Shown piece by piece: positions 48,613 to 49,556 of a DNA stretch of 49,556 nt (position 1 is its first letter; every line of letters begins with the position of its first letter). The stretch lies in NCBI RefSeq assembly GCF_001194135.2, contig NC_068983.1:90411868-90461423 (forward strand), written 5' to 3'. Origin of the DNA: Octopus bimaculoides (taxonomy: Eukaryota). Under the pieces are notes generated by a model that made no database searches, was not told where the DNA came from, and saw only the letters and a list, made by a program, of their open reading frames with translations. Made by a program: the position numbers and the translations under genes.

Positions 48613-48700
48613 CAAGGGCCCGGGAACAGGGGGTGCAGCGGGTGCACCTGCACCCCCTAGAATTTTCAGGGGGTGCAAGATCAAAATTTGCACCCCCTAC
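48613..48700. mobile_element. DNA-transposon-like terminus with twin GC-rich hairpins
   Basis: AGGGGGTGCAG/CTGCACCCCCT and AGGGGGTGCAA/TTGCACCCCCT, both perfect 11-bp stems. Confidence 0.5.
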
Positions 48701-48949
48701 ATAATCTTACCAGTTTCAGAAAAAAAAGTGTCTAAAATCTGTTGGTATAAAATGTTTATTTCGATCGTTTCAAAACAAAGAAAAAATAAATAAATAAATA
48801 AAAGTGATGAAGCTGGCATAAAATTCCCTAGGGAGTTTAGGACCACTAATTTCTGAAGGAAAGTAGCGTCAAAATACAAAAAAATAAGTGACAATAACAA
48901 CAGTAGCAGCAACAATAACAACAACAAAACCAGCATGTATGGTTAATTT

Positions 48950-49130
48950 TGAATATATAGCATTACTTGAACTATTGAAGACAGCTCCCACCCAGTTTCT
49001 GTCTGTCAATACTTCTCTCCATCTTTCAGAACCACTCCCAAATTCTTTGTAATTGGTGTTGCCAAAGACTTAAAACATGGTTGAATGGATTCGACCATTT
49101 GACCCCAGTCTAAAAATAAAACCCCTTCAA
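48950..49130 (-). pseudogene. Possible decayed TTF-type zinc-finger region of a hAT transposase
   Basis: Pieces NGRIHSTMF, LKDGEKY and DRNWVGAVFNSSSNAIY resemble GRRFS..W..NGE..RxWLxYS..xAxF. Confidence 0.25.
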
Positions 49131-49556
49131 AATTCTTTCAGTACAAAACGACCAATCAATACCATTTGCTGCTTGACCACTGCCTGGGTAAGTGCTTTTT
49201 ATTTTCAACTCCAACTTTAGTCTTGATTCACCTTTTCATTAAATCTTTACTTTCCTTAGGAAATAGTTTCCTTTTAGCGTTACTACTAACAAATCGTATC
49301 TTAAAGACGTAGTTTAGGCAGAATGCCTTATATATTGATGACTTTCATTTTTTATCTTGCCTTAATTCTGTCATATTATTAATCAAAAGTCTTCCTGCGT
49401 ATATATAAAATAGTATCTGTGTTTCCGATACTGTCCTGCTTTTTCGTTTTATATAGAAAACGTTGATTTAATTAGTTTGATAAGTGCCTCTGCACGAAAC
49501 TCTCGAACCTTCAGTCACTATGTAACTTTCTCCGATCAATAAATCTATACTTATTG

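Overview
AT-rich eukaryotic DNA made almost entirely of transposable elements. The SINE families and abundant RTE LINEs suggest an octopus or other coleoid cephalopod genome (inference). About 10% is N-gap. No host gene could be identified; only weak exon candidates are present. Contents: RTE LINE fragments and SINEs; Naiad-type Penelope-like element (PLE) fragments in inverted arrangement; three LTR retrotransposons (CsRn1-like, Mag-like, and a compact minus-strand element nested in a mariner); Charlie/Buster hAT, mariner and maT remnants; a MITE carrying a perfect telomeric palindrome; and an internally deleted Helitron with both termini. Two signals stand out. (1) A tRNA-headed element carrying a hammerhead ribozyme occurs as a palindromic insertion at 6315-6885, and a head-less relative with the same arm geometry lies at 25732-25903. 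Together they suggest a Penelope-mobilised SINE. Two further, unrelated hammerhead families lie at 10790 and 16333. (2) The LTR element at 38488-42723 has a primer-binding site complementary to the first 12 nt, not the 3' end, of tRNA-Phe. It also has a clear -1 frameshift signal and a DIRS-like RNase H. All alignments and folds were done by eye, and boundaries not fixed by a target-site duplication (TSD) are approximate.
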